Part shown: in pieces, positions 12,651 through 24,171 of the stretch
Layout: each line of letters begins with the position of its first letter
Position numbering within the stretch: the first letter of the stretch is position 1
DNA from: Saccostrea echinata
Lineage: Eukaryota
Assembly (NCBI RefSeq): GCF_033153115.1
Contig: NW_026889796.1
Coordinates: 2,604,001-2,668,000 of the forward strand
Direction: 5' to 3'
DNA length: 64,000 nucleotides
Translations under genes and position numbers: made by a program
Notes under the pieces: model-generated
What the model was told of the DNA's origin: nothing
Seen by the model: only the letters and a program-made list of their open reading frames with translations
The model's database searches: none

Positions 12651-14239
12651 ATTACGTATAACTCTTTACATTTGACCGTATTTACGACAACTTGAAACAT
12701 CCATGCGCTCATATAAAAAATGGGCTTGCAAAATGGGGGTGTGGCCTAAAGTCTATGAGAAATCGATGTAAACAACATACCCCTGCTATATTAATCACAT
12801 AAATACCTAATTACAGCGCAAGGAAGTAAAAATTGAAATAATAAACTACAATGTTTGATGGAAAGATTGAGGCAAAAATATTTAGAAAATCTTAATTTAA
12901 TTTTTTGTAAATTATCGGGGGGGGGGGGCAGATTTGGACGTTTAAACGATTCATCCTTTGCTTGCGGGTGATACCCGTTGACCACAGTTAGTGGTCATCC
13001 AATCAAAAGGAAACCCTGTTTATTTGTTTTAATTGTATTAAAGTTTGTAAAGACATTGTATTTGGTCAACAAAAACCTGAGTTAACAGGTTAACGAACCT
13101 GAGTGTAACGCCTCGGTGATACAGACCAGCTCGGCCGCGTTGCACGTTACACATGCACTATATGTCACCCAAGTTAATCGAACACTCTTACAGAAACTAC
13201 ATGGAAGCAAATTAACATGTTCGACGCAATATCTTGACTTAGCTTTGAGTTATAGCTATTTCATCATATTTGTTTTTTTTAATTGTGCAAATCTTTCAGC
13301 ATGCCAAAAATGTGATAGTTTTGAACATCGTAAAGCAGTCGATTTGTGTCCAAACAGTAATTACTTCTTGGATGAAATAATAAGAAAGGCCAAGGTTGAT
13401 AAGGCTTTAAATGGCAATGATTCAGTTCCATGTGAAGAGCCTATCCATGTCCCAGTGCACACAACGGCGGTAAAAAGTTACTTTTGTTTAAAGGTGTTCA
13501 AAAGCAGTAATGTTTAAACTATCTCTGATATGGGTTACCTTTCTTTTTGGGTATTATGGGTATTTTATCAAACGGCCTGGCGCAATAAATCGTTTCTGTA
13601 AAGGTATACACTAGCTACTTACAATGTATACATTGCTATCTTCTGTCCCATATGTATTTTCTTTCCTTACAACTGTACAGGCATTTACTTGTATATTGTA
13701 CATTTAAATAGGAATTTGGAATGGTAAACTAACTTTAAATTCTAATATATACTATATTTTTGCCAGAATGAAAACATTCCTTTCTGTTTCTCAAATTTAC
13801 TACAGAATAATGAATTAATTTAACATTTTAAAACAGCTGATATATCGAAGGCAGAAAAGAATTTTCTGACGCATGTGAAATTAATGATTAAGGACTTAGA
13901 TTTATAATTTATTAAATTCTGATTTTCCAAACAAACTTCAATCCTTCTCAAACATCTAAATATAATAACTAATCGCTCCCATCATGGGGACATCTTCCTG
14001 TGAGGAAGGTAAGTTTATAATTATGAAATGTAATACTGACAAATTGTCATTTAGATGCTGCTCCCCCCCCCCCAACTTTTTCTTGCTCTAAGGTCGAGCA
14101 ATGGCAAATTCCAGGATTTGGACGATTAATTAGGTTTTTGTCTTTTTTGCTCTTGTCAGAATATTTTTGGAAGTTCCCCCTTCCCCCATTTTTTTTTTTT
14201 TTTTTTTTTGCTTGTCAGATTTTTTTTGATAACGAACAG

Positions 14240-15031
14240 TATTCAAGCTCCAAAAAACATTAAAACAATATAAATCAGGAGCAGAGCAAACATGAACCTC
14301 TAAAACATCAGAGGCGGGATCAGGTGCCATGGAGGAGCATCCCCTGCCGACCGGTGTACCCACCGTGTGCTCCTTGTCATGATTAGGAAAAAAACCGGAA
14401 AAATCCGTTGACAATTCAGTGTGTAAATAATGGCCTACATGTAACAATTAGTACGAAAAACACCAGTCAGCATTTGACTTAATGATAGATTGTATGTGCT
14501 AACAAGGTCATTGTATTAACCATAGAACTTGCGAAATGATGACTTTAAACGAGACTAGTGATATTCTTTCTTCGTCAATCTGTTTGTCAATAGCTTGCCT
14601 CGTTTTAGAAATTGTTCATACGAAGAGTGTATCGAATCAACTGAGAGACATAAACCCCATATGCAGGCGATAAGGGTATATTGCATAAGTGAGGGATCAA
14701 AGTTGTCGATTGAAAAGTTGAAGTCATCATGTTTATCATAAAGCTTGGTTGTAAGGTTACCATTAACATCTTTTTCTATAGTAAAATATCTAAATATGAA
14801 ACAGATGTGTCAGACTCTGTGGTATCTTTTATTTCAAGCTCGCTGGAATATATCGAGACGTCATATGAATGGAAGTAACTATTGTAAAGTGATAATACGT
14901 CGTCGATATATCTAAATGTGGAGCTGACGGGCATAGCATAGGTTTTCCTCTTCTCAAGTATATGATTTTGATAAAGTCTGCTTCATATGAATACAAAAAA
15001 GTCTGCTTATAACGGGGCGCAATTGGTACCC
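14240..15031 (-). mobile_element. Degenerate Penelope-like retroelement, reverse-transcriptase fragment
   Basis: Minus-strand frames give GTNCAP, FLYSYEADFI, FRYIDD, ELEIKDTTESDTSVSYLDIL, KLYDK.DDFNFSI and SQLIRY, broken by stops and frameshifts. The downstream (left) boundary is approximate. Confidence 0.75.
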
Positions 15032-17038
15032 TTGAGAATTCCGACAGATTGTTGGAAGACCTGGTCTCCAAAAATTACATAGATATTGTCAATCAGAAAC
15101 TCGACCATCTTTTCAATGTCAACTTCAGAGTACGTGTGTGTACAATCAGAATGTTTTCTGACAAAATAATTTTGCAAATGACCAATGACAAAGTAACTAA
15201 ATTTACGAGTTTCATTTTTATTGAAAAAGCAGCTGTCAATGATGTCAAATAGCCTGGACTTTAATTTATCGTGGGGAATGGTTGTATTAAGCGCTGAAAA
15301 GTCGTACGTTTTGATGTTATTGATTTTGGTAAAATTTTGTGATTTTAAATTAAATTAAAAGTTCCTTGGAATTTTTAAGTATCCACATCTGATTTACACC
15401 AATTCTCGAAAATATATTGTTGTGCAGTACTCCTGAAGTTTTTCCTTTACTGCTGTTAAAATATTTAGCGGAAATTGATAAGCAGAGATTTGCTTTAGCG
15501 CTTTCTGAACGAGCTAGATATAAATATATACATACCAGCCATTTAGCAATGTACTTGATTCAGCGGAAGTTGCTTTTCTCCAAAGGCGCTCAATAGAGTA
15601 CACCACCAAATTTATTACGTTTACAGTATCTCAGACGATAAGAATTTTATAATGAAGAAGCAATTCCCCCTCCCCGATCCTCTAAGAAATGTTTTAGACA
15701 CGTAAACGTAGCAAAAATACAGGAATCCTTGGCAACCTTACCTGAAGTCTGACATTTGATATCATTTCCGATTCTTTAATGTGAAATAAAATCTTCAACA
15801 TGACTATTTTAAAAAATATATGTCAGAAAGGACTAAGCTTACGAGATTACCTCTCTATCGATATATAAAAAATTCTAGTATTTTTAGATTAGAAAATTCT
15901 CCGGGGTGGGGGAGTAGGGGGCTACAACATCCATACGTCAGGTGCCTGTGCAACTGTACATAAGAAAAGTTTCCCATGCAAGTACATGTACAGTACTAAA
16001 TATCACGATTTCCTTACATTGAATTCATGTCGGTACTGTATTTTCTTGTTCATAGTTATTGAAATTTTACAAGAAACACATCATTGAAGTATGAATCAAG
16101 ATTATTTTGGTGTTTAGTAAACTAGTGTCGTTTACTGATTTTTATTTGAAAATTAAAATAAGTCGTGTACTTAATTTTCAAATAAATATCATTAAACGAC
16201 ACTGGTACCCCAGGTGTTTATGGGTGATTCATACAATTTCAAATATAGCCTGTTTATTAAGTTTATTATTGGAAGTGCTGAGTTGAATGGAGGGGTGACA
16301 AATATGGTAAACAACCCGGGAGATGATATGAGGATTGAAAGAAGGCGGGTCATTTAAGATATTGACAAAATAATGACTGTCAAAAATCGTTAGGGTCAGT
16401 GATAAATCTCTCAGGGGTCTGGAAAAGCCTTTTGTTTTCAATGATATGGAGAAATGGCTCCTGCTGATAAGTGAATGATCTGGCAACAAATTGTGAAATC
16501 TTTCAAACTCTATCTCCTAAACCATTTATCTCTATAACTGATATGCAATATCATTCTAACCTCTATAGTTAAGTATGGTAAGGCGAAATCGTTTCCTAAA
16601 ATTTACGAGACTTGTATTATTACGAGGGTTTTTCACTAATACCGGGGGCCGACGTGTTTTTTATTTGGTGGTTGATACAAGGACATAAATCTGTTCCTAT
16701 CAAGTCCAGACTTCGGGGTTGTTTTTAACTGTTTAATGCAGTTTGGCTATCCTCTTTTATACCCAGGATCGCAAATCATTTTCTTGTTAGAAGAGCCAGT
16801 CAGTTGTATACAAATCACTAGCCAAGTTCGTACCAATTAATCTTTAGCTTCTAAATAAAAAGCAATTAACATTTTCTTAATTTAGAAGTCTACAGTGAAT
16901 AACTGGGAACTCTCCCTTAATCATTTGTATGTTTATTTTGGCTTTATGAATTCAAGGCTTAACAAACACTTAGGGTATTGTTATCAACCCCCAAGACAAA
17001 CCCTGAATCGCGATTGGATGGAACAAAAGGTTAGAGAT

Positions 17039-17044
17039 TATAAA
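17039..17044 (+). promoter_or_regulatory. TATA box of the BRICHOS-protein gene
   Basis: TATAAA ~60 nt upstream of the ATG at 17101 that opens a signal-peptide exon. Confidence 0.5.
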
Positions 17045-17100
17045 TAAACTTGCTAACTAGAACTAAGCGGAAATTTCAAAAAAGTTTCAGCTTTAAGACA

Positions 17101-20100
17101 ATGGATTTCTTGTACATTGTGACTTTTGTAGGAGCTTTATTGGTAAGATTTCAGTGAAAAAAAAGGATATAACATTTCTCTTATTAAATACATTAAAACC
17201 ATATCTATTAATAGTATATAGATTGATAGATATAGCCTATACTGAAAAAAAAAAACATTTAAGAAAATGATAGTCTTAAATTTCTTTCTTTCTTTTTTAA
17301 ATCACTCTTTGTTACTTTCGTATAGATCTGGATTTGGACTGAATCGTCAATTCCTAGTTTTGATTTATTTATTGATAAAAAAAAATATCTTTTTTAAATT
17401 TGAAAAGTAACTACTAGTATCTTATTAAATGCTAAACTGGTCCATATTTTAGTCTTAATAAGATGCACCACATTCAAAGCAAAATTTCAAATTAGGAAAT
17501 TCAAAGTTAATATGTAGAGACGGCAGACATTGGACAAAAAATTTAAATCTGTCCAATATTCTTTCTTATTTGTCAGATTCCAAATCTTTTCAGTAATGTT
17601 ATTTCAGTCTAAGTTCAAACTCGGAGTGTTCTTAGAACTTTCGCAATATTGCAAGAGTTTTTGATCACCTTAACTGCTAAAATTTCTTCAGTAATTGGAC
17701 ATTTTTTCTCCATTTCCTTTTTCTTTTTTTTTTTAATTAGAATTTTTTTTAAAATGATTTTTTAAAAATAATACTGTATATAATTTTGTTATTGTAATTT
17801 TTTTTTTTGGTCGAGAAAAAAACCAGACTGATCTTTTTTTGTTTTTCAGTATTGCGAGGGCCGGTATTTCCGACCGTTTCCGATTTCTTCCGAGCCTCAG
17901 TCTGTGTTTGATGCCATTGAGAGGAATACAGATTTACATTACAACGATAAAGATAACGTAGGTGTTATGAAATATACATACTTATCAGAAGTAAAAAGAA
18001 AAAAGGTGCTTGAATCGGCAAATGAAAAATGTCGCGTTATCCAAAGATGTATGATATTTAAAAAAAAACAGTTTCTTTAAGAATCTACAGATCATATGCA
18101 TGTGCATAGTCTAAAATTTCTGATGATAATCATTTTTACCTCAAGCAGAAAAAAACTGCAGAAATTGTTGAATTCATAGATTAAACAGTGAATTTGTATG
18201 GACAAGCTTTACAAGGATAAATAATCTGCCATAGTATTAAGCGCTGAAGCCCTTGGATCTCAGAATATGAATGGTTTGCGATATTACTGTCCTAAGAAGT
18301 TAAAAATTGTGCTTTACTTAAGCAAGTATATAATATACCTTCCTAAAATAAAATATTCGAAATTTGTTACAATGTTATACCTTTAATGTAAGTTTATTAG
18401 GAATTTATGTCAAAATGTATGTCGATAGGTCTACCGGTATATGCTAAGCTTAGTTGTCTTCAAAATTACAGATATTGTAACATGTGTAGGCACACTTGTA
18501 CATCTATGAACGCAAGACAAAACTGAACAGGACACCTGGGCATATACGTTTAGAAAACAAATATATATTTTATAGCTATTTGTTCAAAATTTTTTTGCGA
18601 ACCAGATGACGAAGATGGTCTGTATCGTGTGAATTTATTGCGTAACAAGACCCGTAGAAATTGCCTTTCTGGGTGCGACACTGTTCGAATGACATAATTT
18701 CATCAAATCGTACTTTATTACAATAGTCGGAAGACAAACAGATAACCCATATCTCATATATGACAATCCATTCTGACCAGAAGGAAAAAGTTCCTGGATA
18801 CCGGATTATTTGTTCCTGATGATAAACAGATTCCAAGACAACCGCTCGCTTACATCTGAATTCTATTGTAACTACTGATAGAATATTTAGCATATTTTAA
18901 AATTCTTTCTACTTTGATGATTCTAAGAGGTCATTCTGACCGATTCCGAATTGAAAATAAATTAATTCGGGTTAAATAAAGGTCTGTAAGAAGACAATTC
19001 GCGGATTTCAAGCAAGAGTGCATTTGATTTTCTATTTTTACCTTTCCACGCTTAGATACTAGTTATGGGTTAAATAGGGAAAACGATTATAATAGCTTTT
19101 TTTTTATCTTTCTCCAACAGAAGTTGTTGTGACATGTACGCTGGTGATCATGTTTTACAAAAGAACTCGAAATCAAGCGAATATGAATCGCTTATGAATT
19201 AGCTCAGATTTGTAGCTCGCTGGTCTGAAAAAAAAAATTGGAATGGAACTGCAGATCTGTAGCTCTTTGGTCTGAAAAACTTGGGAGGGAGGACCTTTTT
19301 TTCGGAGAGCTACTGTTCTGCAGCTGCATATTAATATGACCTCAATCAATACAAAAATGTCTACGATTTTAAGAATATCCATGTCAGGACTTCTTTTCCT
19401 TCTAGGCTTATAATATTCGACATGCCTGCATGATCATAACGTAATATTAATCATCATGACCTTGACGTCTGGGGTCCTCATACTCAAGTATTTAGTTTTG
19501 ACATTAGTCTCCATAACAGTCCTTTAATCCGTATTCTCTCTGATCTAAGCGCAACATTTTATGTGTTATCAATTTCATGCTGTAATGTGTATATGATATG
19601 TTTCCAAATTCGGTATGCAACTGTAGTATTGTAGCAACTAGATCCATTTTCATGATCTTGCTTTTAATTTAAAATTAAACCATTTGCCGACCTTTTTTTC
19701 TTCTACAGAAAAATGATAGTTAACTTATTATTCGATTATATCATATTTTAAGGGAATAACAGTTATTCGAGATGTTGACTTCCGGTCCTGTTATATCACA
19801 GACTACGACCCGGAATGGAGGTTGGACCAGGACAGTAAGATTGCCGTTATGGCGGCTGTGGTAAGTTGTGTATTTTTATCGTTTTGACGAATGAGTGCGA
19901 AAGCCGGATAGGCTCATTTTTGAGAAAACTAAGAGAAACCTCTTTATAACTTACTATCTTGTAATATGAAGTTAAATATCTCGTTATAACGATTTCGTAT
20001 CTAGTAATAATGAGTTAGGATTCAGAGTCGCCGGGTAAAACGAATTACCGGGTAGTTACTAGTATCCGTTATAACGAGGTAGTTTTCTCATTATTACGAG

Positions 20101-21616
20101 ATAATAGAAATTGATCATAAGAGTTGAAATCTCTAATTAGATTTCTTTACTCATCAAAATATGATTATCGATAGCAACTTTACCGTAATTCAACCCTAGA
20201 GATAAATAGTTTCAACCATTTAATCAATTGACTTCAAGTTAAATTCGACTGATAATCATTAATTCAAAATCGATTAAAAACTACTGGGTCCAAACTACTG
20301 CAATTTTCATTCCTAAATTGCTATTATATTTTCTCGAAAGAACAAACAACTATCTCGTTATATCGAGATATATCGTTATCTCCTTCTAACGAGAAAGCTG
20401 TATGATCTCCTTATAATGAGATTATAATAACTCTTTATAATGAGATACTGTACTGACTCGTTATTACGACATATTAACTCCTTATAACTAAATTACTAAC
20501 TTGTTATAACGAGGTAACTAACTCGTTATAACGAGATAACCATCTCGTTTTAACGAGATAACTAACTTGTTATAACGAGATTCTAACTCGGTATATGTGC
20601 CAGCGGGCACGAAGTGGATATAGTTGAGGTGAGGTAACACGTTATAACTCGAGATAATCATCTCATTGTAACAAAAAACTAACTTAATATTATAACAAGA
20701 TAATTAACTAGTTAGAACAAGATCCTAACTCGTTATAACGAATTCAATATTTTTATATGCCTTCTCAGAAATGAACCTTTACGGCTTCCGTACAAGAGGA
20801 ACGTTGGCTTTGATGAAAAAGTTTGTGTTCATATTTTCTCTCCAAAAACGATGTCTTAAAATTCATGTACAGTATAATTCATTTAGCTCTCTCTTTTTAA
20901 TCTAAACAATTTAAGGTTCATTGATACTCTGATAAGAGAGATAACTCTTAACGACATAAATGTCTATTATTCCTTTATAAAATTTTTCAAGTTGAAATGT
21001 TTTTATTGTCCAAATTTGCCCCGCAAGCCATGATGCAATTGTTTTTATTTTACTTATAAAATACATATCTTTTGGAAAATCATAAGCGTTAAAGCAACAT
21101 TTTGTATGAGTGAACAGAGGGTTTATGAACCTTAATATCTTATTATATTTTATTCAGACGCCAAAAATAATGAGGAACGAGGACTTACTCAGTCAGTTCA
21201 TTAATCATGTTGGTCCAATTGTTGGCAAACTCTGCAGAACAAGTAAAATATACGAAGTTAAATCTACAGACATAGACCAACACATCGACGAGTCGCCAGT
21301 TTCTGAAACACCACCCGTGCCACGTGTTCCATCACCTCGGAAAATATATTACGACAGCGGAGAACCCGAGGTTCCAAGGCCATTCAGAATCCCCACCAAA
21401 AAACCCGAGTTCCAGAAACACAATGAGCATGAAGAAATTAGATTCCCCACAAAAAGACCAGAATTCAGCGGTTTCCAACACCGACCGTTTGCGCATGAGC
21501 AACATGCTCATCAAGTTCCTGCAAGACATGACGCTGGACAATTTGTGGTTCCCAGACCTTTTCAGCAGGCTGTTCCCCAGCTGAAACACCGTGGTCACGG
21601 ACACTTCCGAAAATAA
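17101..21616 (+). CDS. Secreted BRICHOS-domain precursor with a Pro/Arg/His/Phe-rich C-terminal extension (one middle exon unresolved)
   Basis: Phase-0 exons: 17101-17142 (MDFLYIVTFVGALL); 17850-17957 (YCEG|RYFRPF...DKDN); probable 18576-18617 (LFVQNFFANQMTKM); an unresolved exon; 19753-19860 (GITVIRDVDFRSCYITDYDPE...); 21158-21616 (TPKIM...HVGPIVGKLCRTSKIYEV...HGHFRK*). The G.T.IRD....CYI and G..V..LC....Y motifs are the two-cysteine BRICHOS signature. Confidence 0.65.
19201..19325. mobile_element. Small TIR element (AGCT(G)CAGA...TCTGCAGCT)
   Basis: Short inverted termini; a related copy lies in opposite orientation at ~60006-60092. Confidence 0.55.
19895..20793. mobile_element. TIR DNA element carrying a degenerate ~22-bp palindromic tandem array
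   Basis: Imperfect TIRs of ~32 bp (gtgcgaaagccggataggctcatttttgagaa / ttctcagaaatgaacctttacggcttccgtac) and internal repeats of ctaactcgttataacgagataa. Confidence 0.7.
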
Positions 21617-22111
21617 AGCAAAAAAGATGAAGTCGTTGTTCCTGTTCCTTTGCGGCAGGGGACATCTTAGAGACAAAAGTAGATTTAAGAGAAGAGAGAT
21701 CCACAATTCACGCACAGTTTATTTTCTTTTTGGCAACTTTCACGAGTCTCCTAAGTTGTGCTGTATTGTTCTATCGTAATTTATCGTCATTATATTTCTT
21801 TTCAAAATAAATTATATATTATACATTCTGAATACATGCATGTATATATCATAAGAGATAGTGTTCATATTCGTTTATTTCTTTCGAAACTTTTCAGAGA
21901 ACTAGTAAAATGCATGCACTTAATTTTCTTCAATTTTGGGCATAATGGTCTATTCCCGTCATAATTAGTCGAATAAAAGATATTCCAGCTTTCTTGGAGG
22001 ACATGATCCCAACTTTAAGTCTCTTCTTAACCACAGAGATAAATGTTAGTACAGACTTCATATTTACACTACACGACGGTGCTTTCATTTAAAGGTACAT
22101 CCATCTAGTAA

Positions 22112-22219
22112 CAATCTGATTAAAATCAGATCCTTTGATCCGCTCACATAGATCGCTACACAATGCCTTGTGTAGCGATCTATGTGAGCGGATCAAAGGA
22201 TCTGATTTTAATCAGATTG
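22112..22219. mobile_element. Perfect 108-bp palindrome (52-bp arms, 4-nt loop) with a 9-bp TSD; Mutator-like mini-element
   Basis: The arms are exact reverse complements; flanks atctagtaa / atctaataa match at 8 of 9 positions. Confidence 0.8.
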
Positions 22220-22317
22220 ATCTAATAAAATATGGTAGTGCTTCAATGTCGATGTACCTTAGTTCTTGGGGAAATATATATATTGTTCCACTGCATTTGT
22301 CGGTATAATATATGCAC

Positions 22318-22581
22318 CATGGCCGTAGGAACCGGGGGGGGGGGGGGGCGTGCCCCCCCCCCAATAATTTTGCCGATATATAGATTACTATAGAAAACAG
22401 AGCTACTATATGCTTGTGCCCCCTCAATAAAAACGTCTGATGACCTCTTTTTATTTATTTTTTTTTTTTTGCTTGTCAAGGAATTTTTGGTTCATAGTGC
22501 CCCCTCAACTGAAAACTGAAAATGTATAGCTGTGCCCCCCCCCCCCCAAAAAAAAAACTGAAATTGCTTCCTACGGGCCTG
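22318..22581. mobile_element. MITE with G/C tracts
   Basis: TIR catggccgtagga / tcctacgggcctg, flanked by direct repeat tgcac; a related partial copy lies at ~5639-5825. Confidence 0.7.
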
Positions 22582-22663
22582 TGCACGACTTTGGACTTCA
22601 ATGTTCACTGTCTTAGCTTCAAAAAACGTGGCTCTGAATGAAGACAAGTAAAACACTTATAAA

Positions 22664-23030
22664 AAACAAGATGTGTTTGTGAAAATGCAAGTCAAACTCA
22701 AAGGTCAAGTTCAAGAGATTAAAAATATTGGTACCCCAAGAAAAGGTCTTGTCACAAGGAATACACATTTGAAATATGAAAGTCGTGGCACAAACTGTTC
22801 AAAAGTTATGGCCAAGGTTAAAGTTTTACAAAAGTCGTTCAAACTCCAAGGTCAAGGTCAAAGGGTCAAAATTATTGGTACCCAAAATGAAAGGCTTGTC
22901 ACAAGGAACACACATGTATAATATGAAGCCCTAGCTCCAACCATTCAAAAGTTATGGTCAAGGTTATAATGTTTTTGGCGGACAGACAGACAGACGAACA
23001 GAGCAAAAACTATATGCCCCCGAATCTTTA
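22664..23030. mobile_element. Helentron-associated-type non-autonomous element with internal repeats and a GACA microsatellite
   Basis: aacaag start, two copies of an aggtcaa..ggtaccc..cttgtcacaaggaa unit, and (gaca)n near the right end. Confidence 0.6.
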
Positions 23031-23725
23031 ATTTTTCCATTTTTAAACTGATTGTACCAAACTAAAGACATGCGCAAGGGACTGATGGAAACCATATATA
23101 CACTTGCGTAATTTGCAAAATTTGAAGAAAAAAAATCTGAAGCGATTGTGATTCCCGTGCTGTACAAAAAACATTCGTGTAAGTTGTACCATTTTTAACC
23201 ACCTGCATGGTTCTCGAGAAATCAAAAACATATATACTTGGTACACAAATGCACTCCTATTCTTCTTCTTGGTCAATGGTATTGTGATTCAGATGATTAC
23301 AAATAAAAAACTTAAAACCTCAAATCTGACTGCAATTATTCGCTACATTGACAACTCTAATCTACATATTTCATCAAATAATACCTGGGCAGCATATTTT
23401 ATGTTTACATTTGGTAATGAATAGAATTTAAAACTGTTATGAAGTTACACTTTTCAAGAGCATGAATTGGTTGTTCAGCAAGTTTCATACATTTCAATGT
23501 CCCTATCAATGAAATCTAAAACGAGAAAGCCATTTTTTAAACATACGTGTCATATACATATATTGGTAAACTTCAATCGCAGACTTCAGCAAATTAATAT
23601 TGCATACTAATACCTCGAAAGAATTTTTAAAACAGAAACAGGTGCATTAAGTGCTGGAACAAAGTTGTGTGGTAACTACAGATTCTATAGAATATTAAAC
23701 TCTCATTTCATGTTCTATCATTTCC

Positions 23726-23920
23726 TTAAGGTACGACCATTTGATTATGAAAGGGGAGGGGGATGGCAAATGTTGTTGAGTTAGATTATTTTTATTTGCA
23801 GGACAGAATATCTATTTCCAAGATGACCAGAGACAGGTTATTAATTTTCTTCCACTTTGTGGACAGATCGACAGATAATCTGCCCCCCCCCCCTTCAGAA
23901 TCAAATGGTCGTCCCCTTAT
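23726..23920. mobile_element. MITE at a TTAA-like site (Kolobok-type termini)
   Basis: TIR ttaaggtacgaccatttgatt / aatcaaatggtcgtcccctta. Confidence 0.6.
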
Positions 23921-24171
23921 TATTTATTGCAGGAAATATAGCCTTATATAATGTAATGTCTAAAGTAAAATTCCAAAAGGGAAAAAAATAGCTTTTTGAA
24001 TTTTATGAGTTCATTTGGCATGGTTATCCCAAATAAACTGATATTGAAATATTTGAAGTACGAGTTACTAATTTTTCTTCAAACACTTTTAAGACTACGA
24101 CAATTTTCAAGCATCAAACTGATTTACACGTTCTAGACACGCCAAAACAAGACAATACTTTAAAAATAAGT

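Noticed and set aside
16210-16900. Possible degenerate non-LTR retroelement fragment
   Set aside because: It has coding-like composition, but I could not recover a convincing RT or endonuclease motif.
21324-21779. Alternative-frame and antisense ORFs over the last BRICHOS exon
   Set aside because: They are shadows of a GC-richer coding exon; only the 21158-21616 frame has an acceptor and the BRICHOS cysteine motif.
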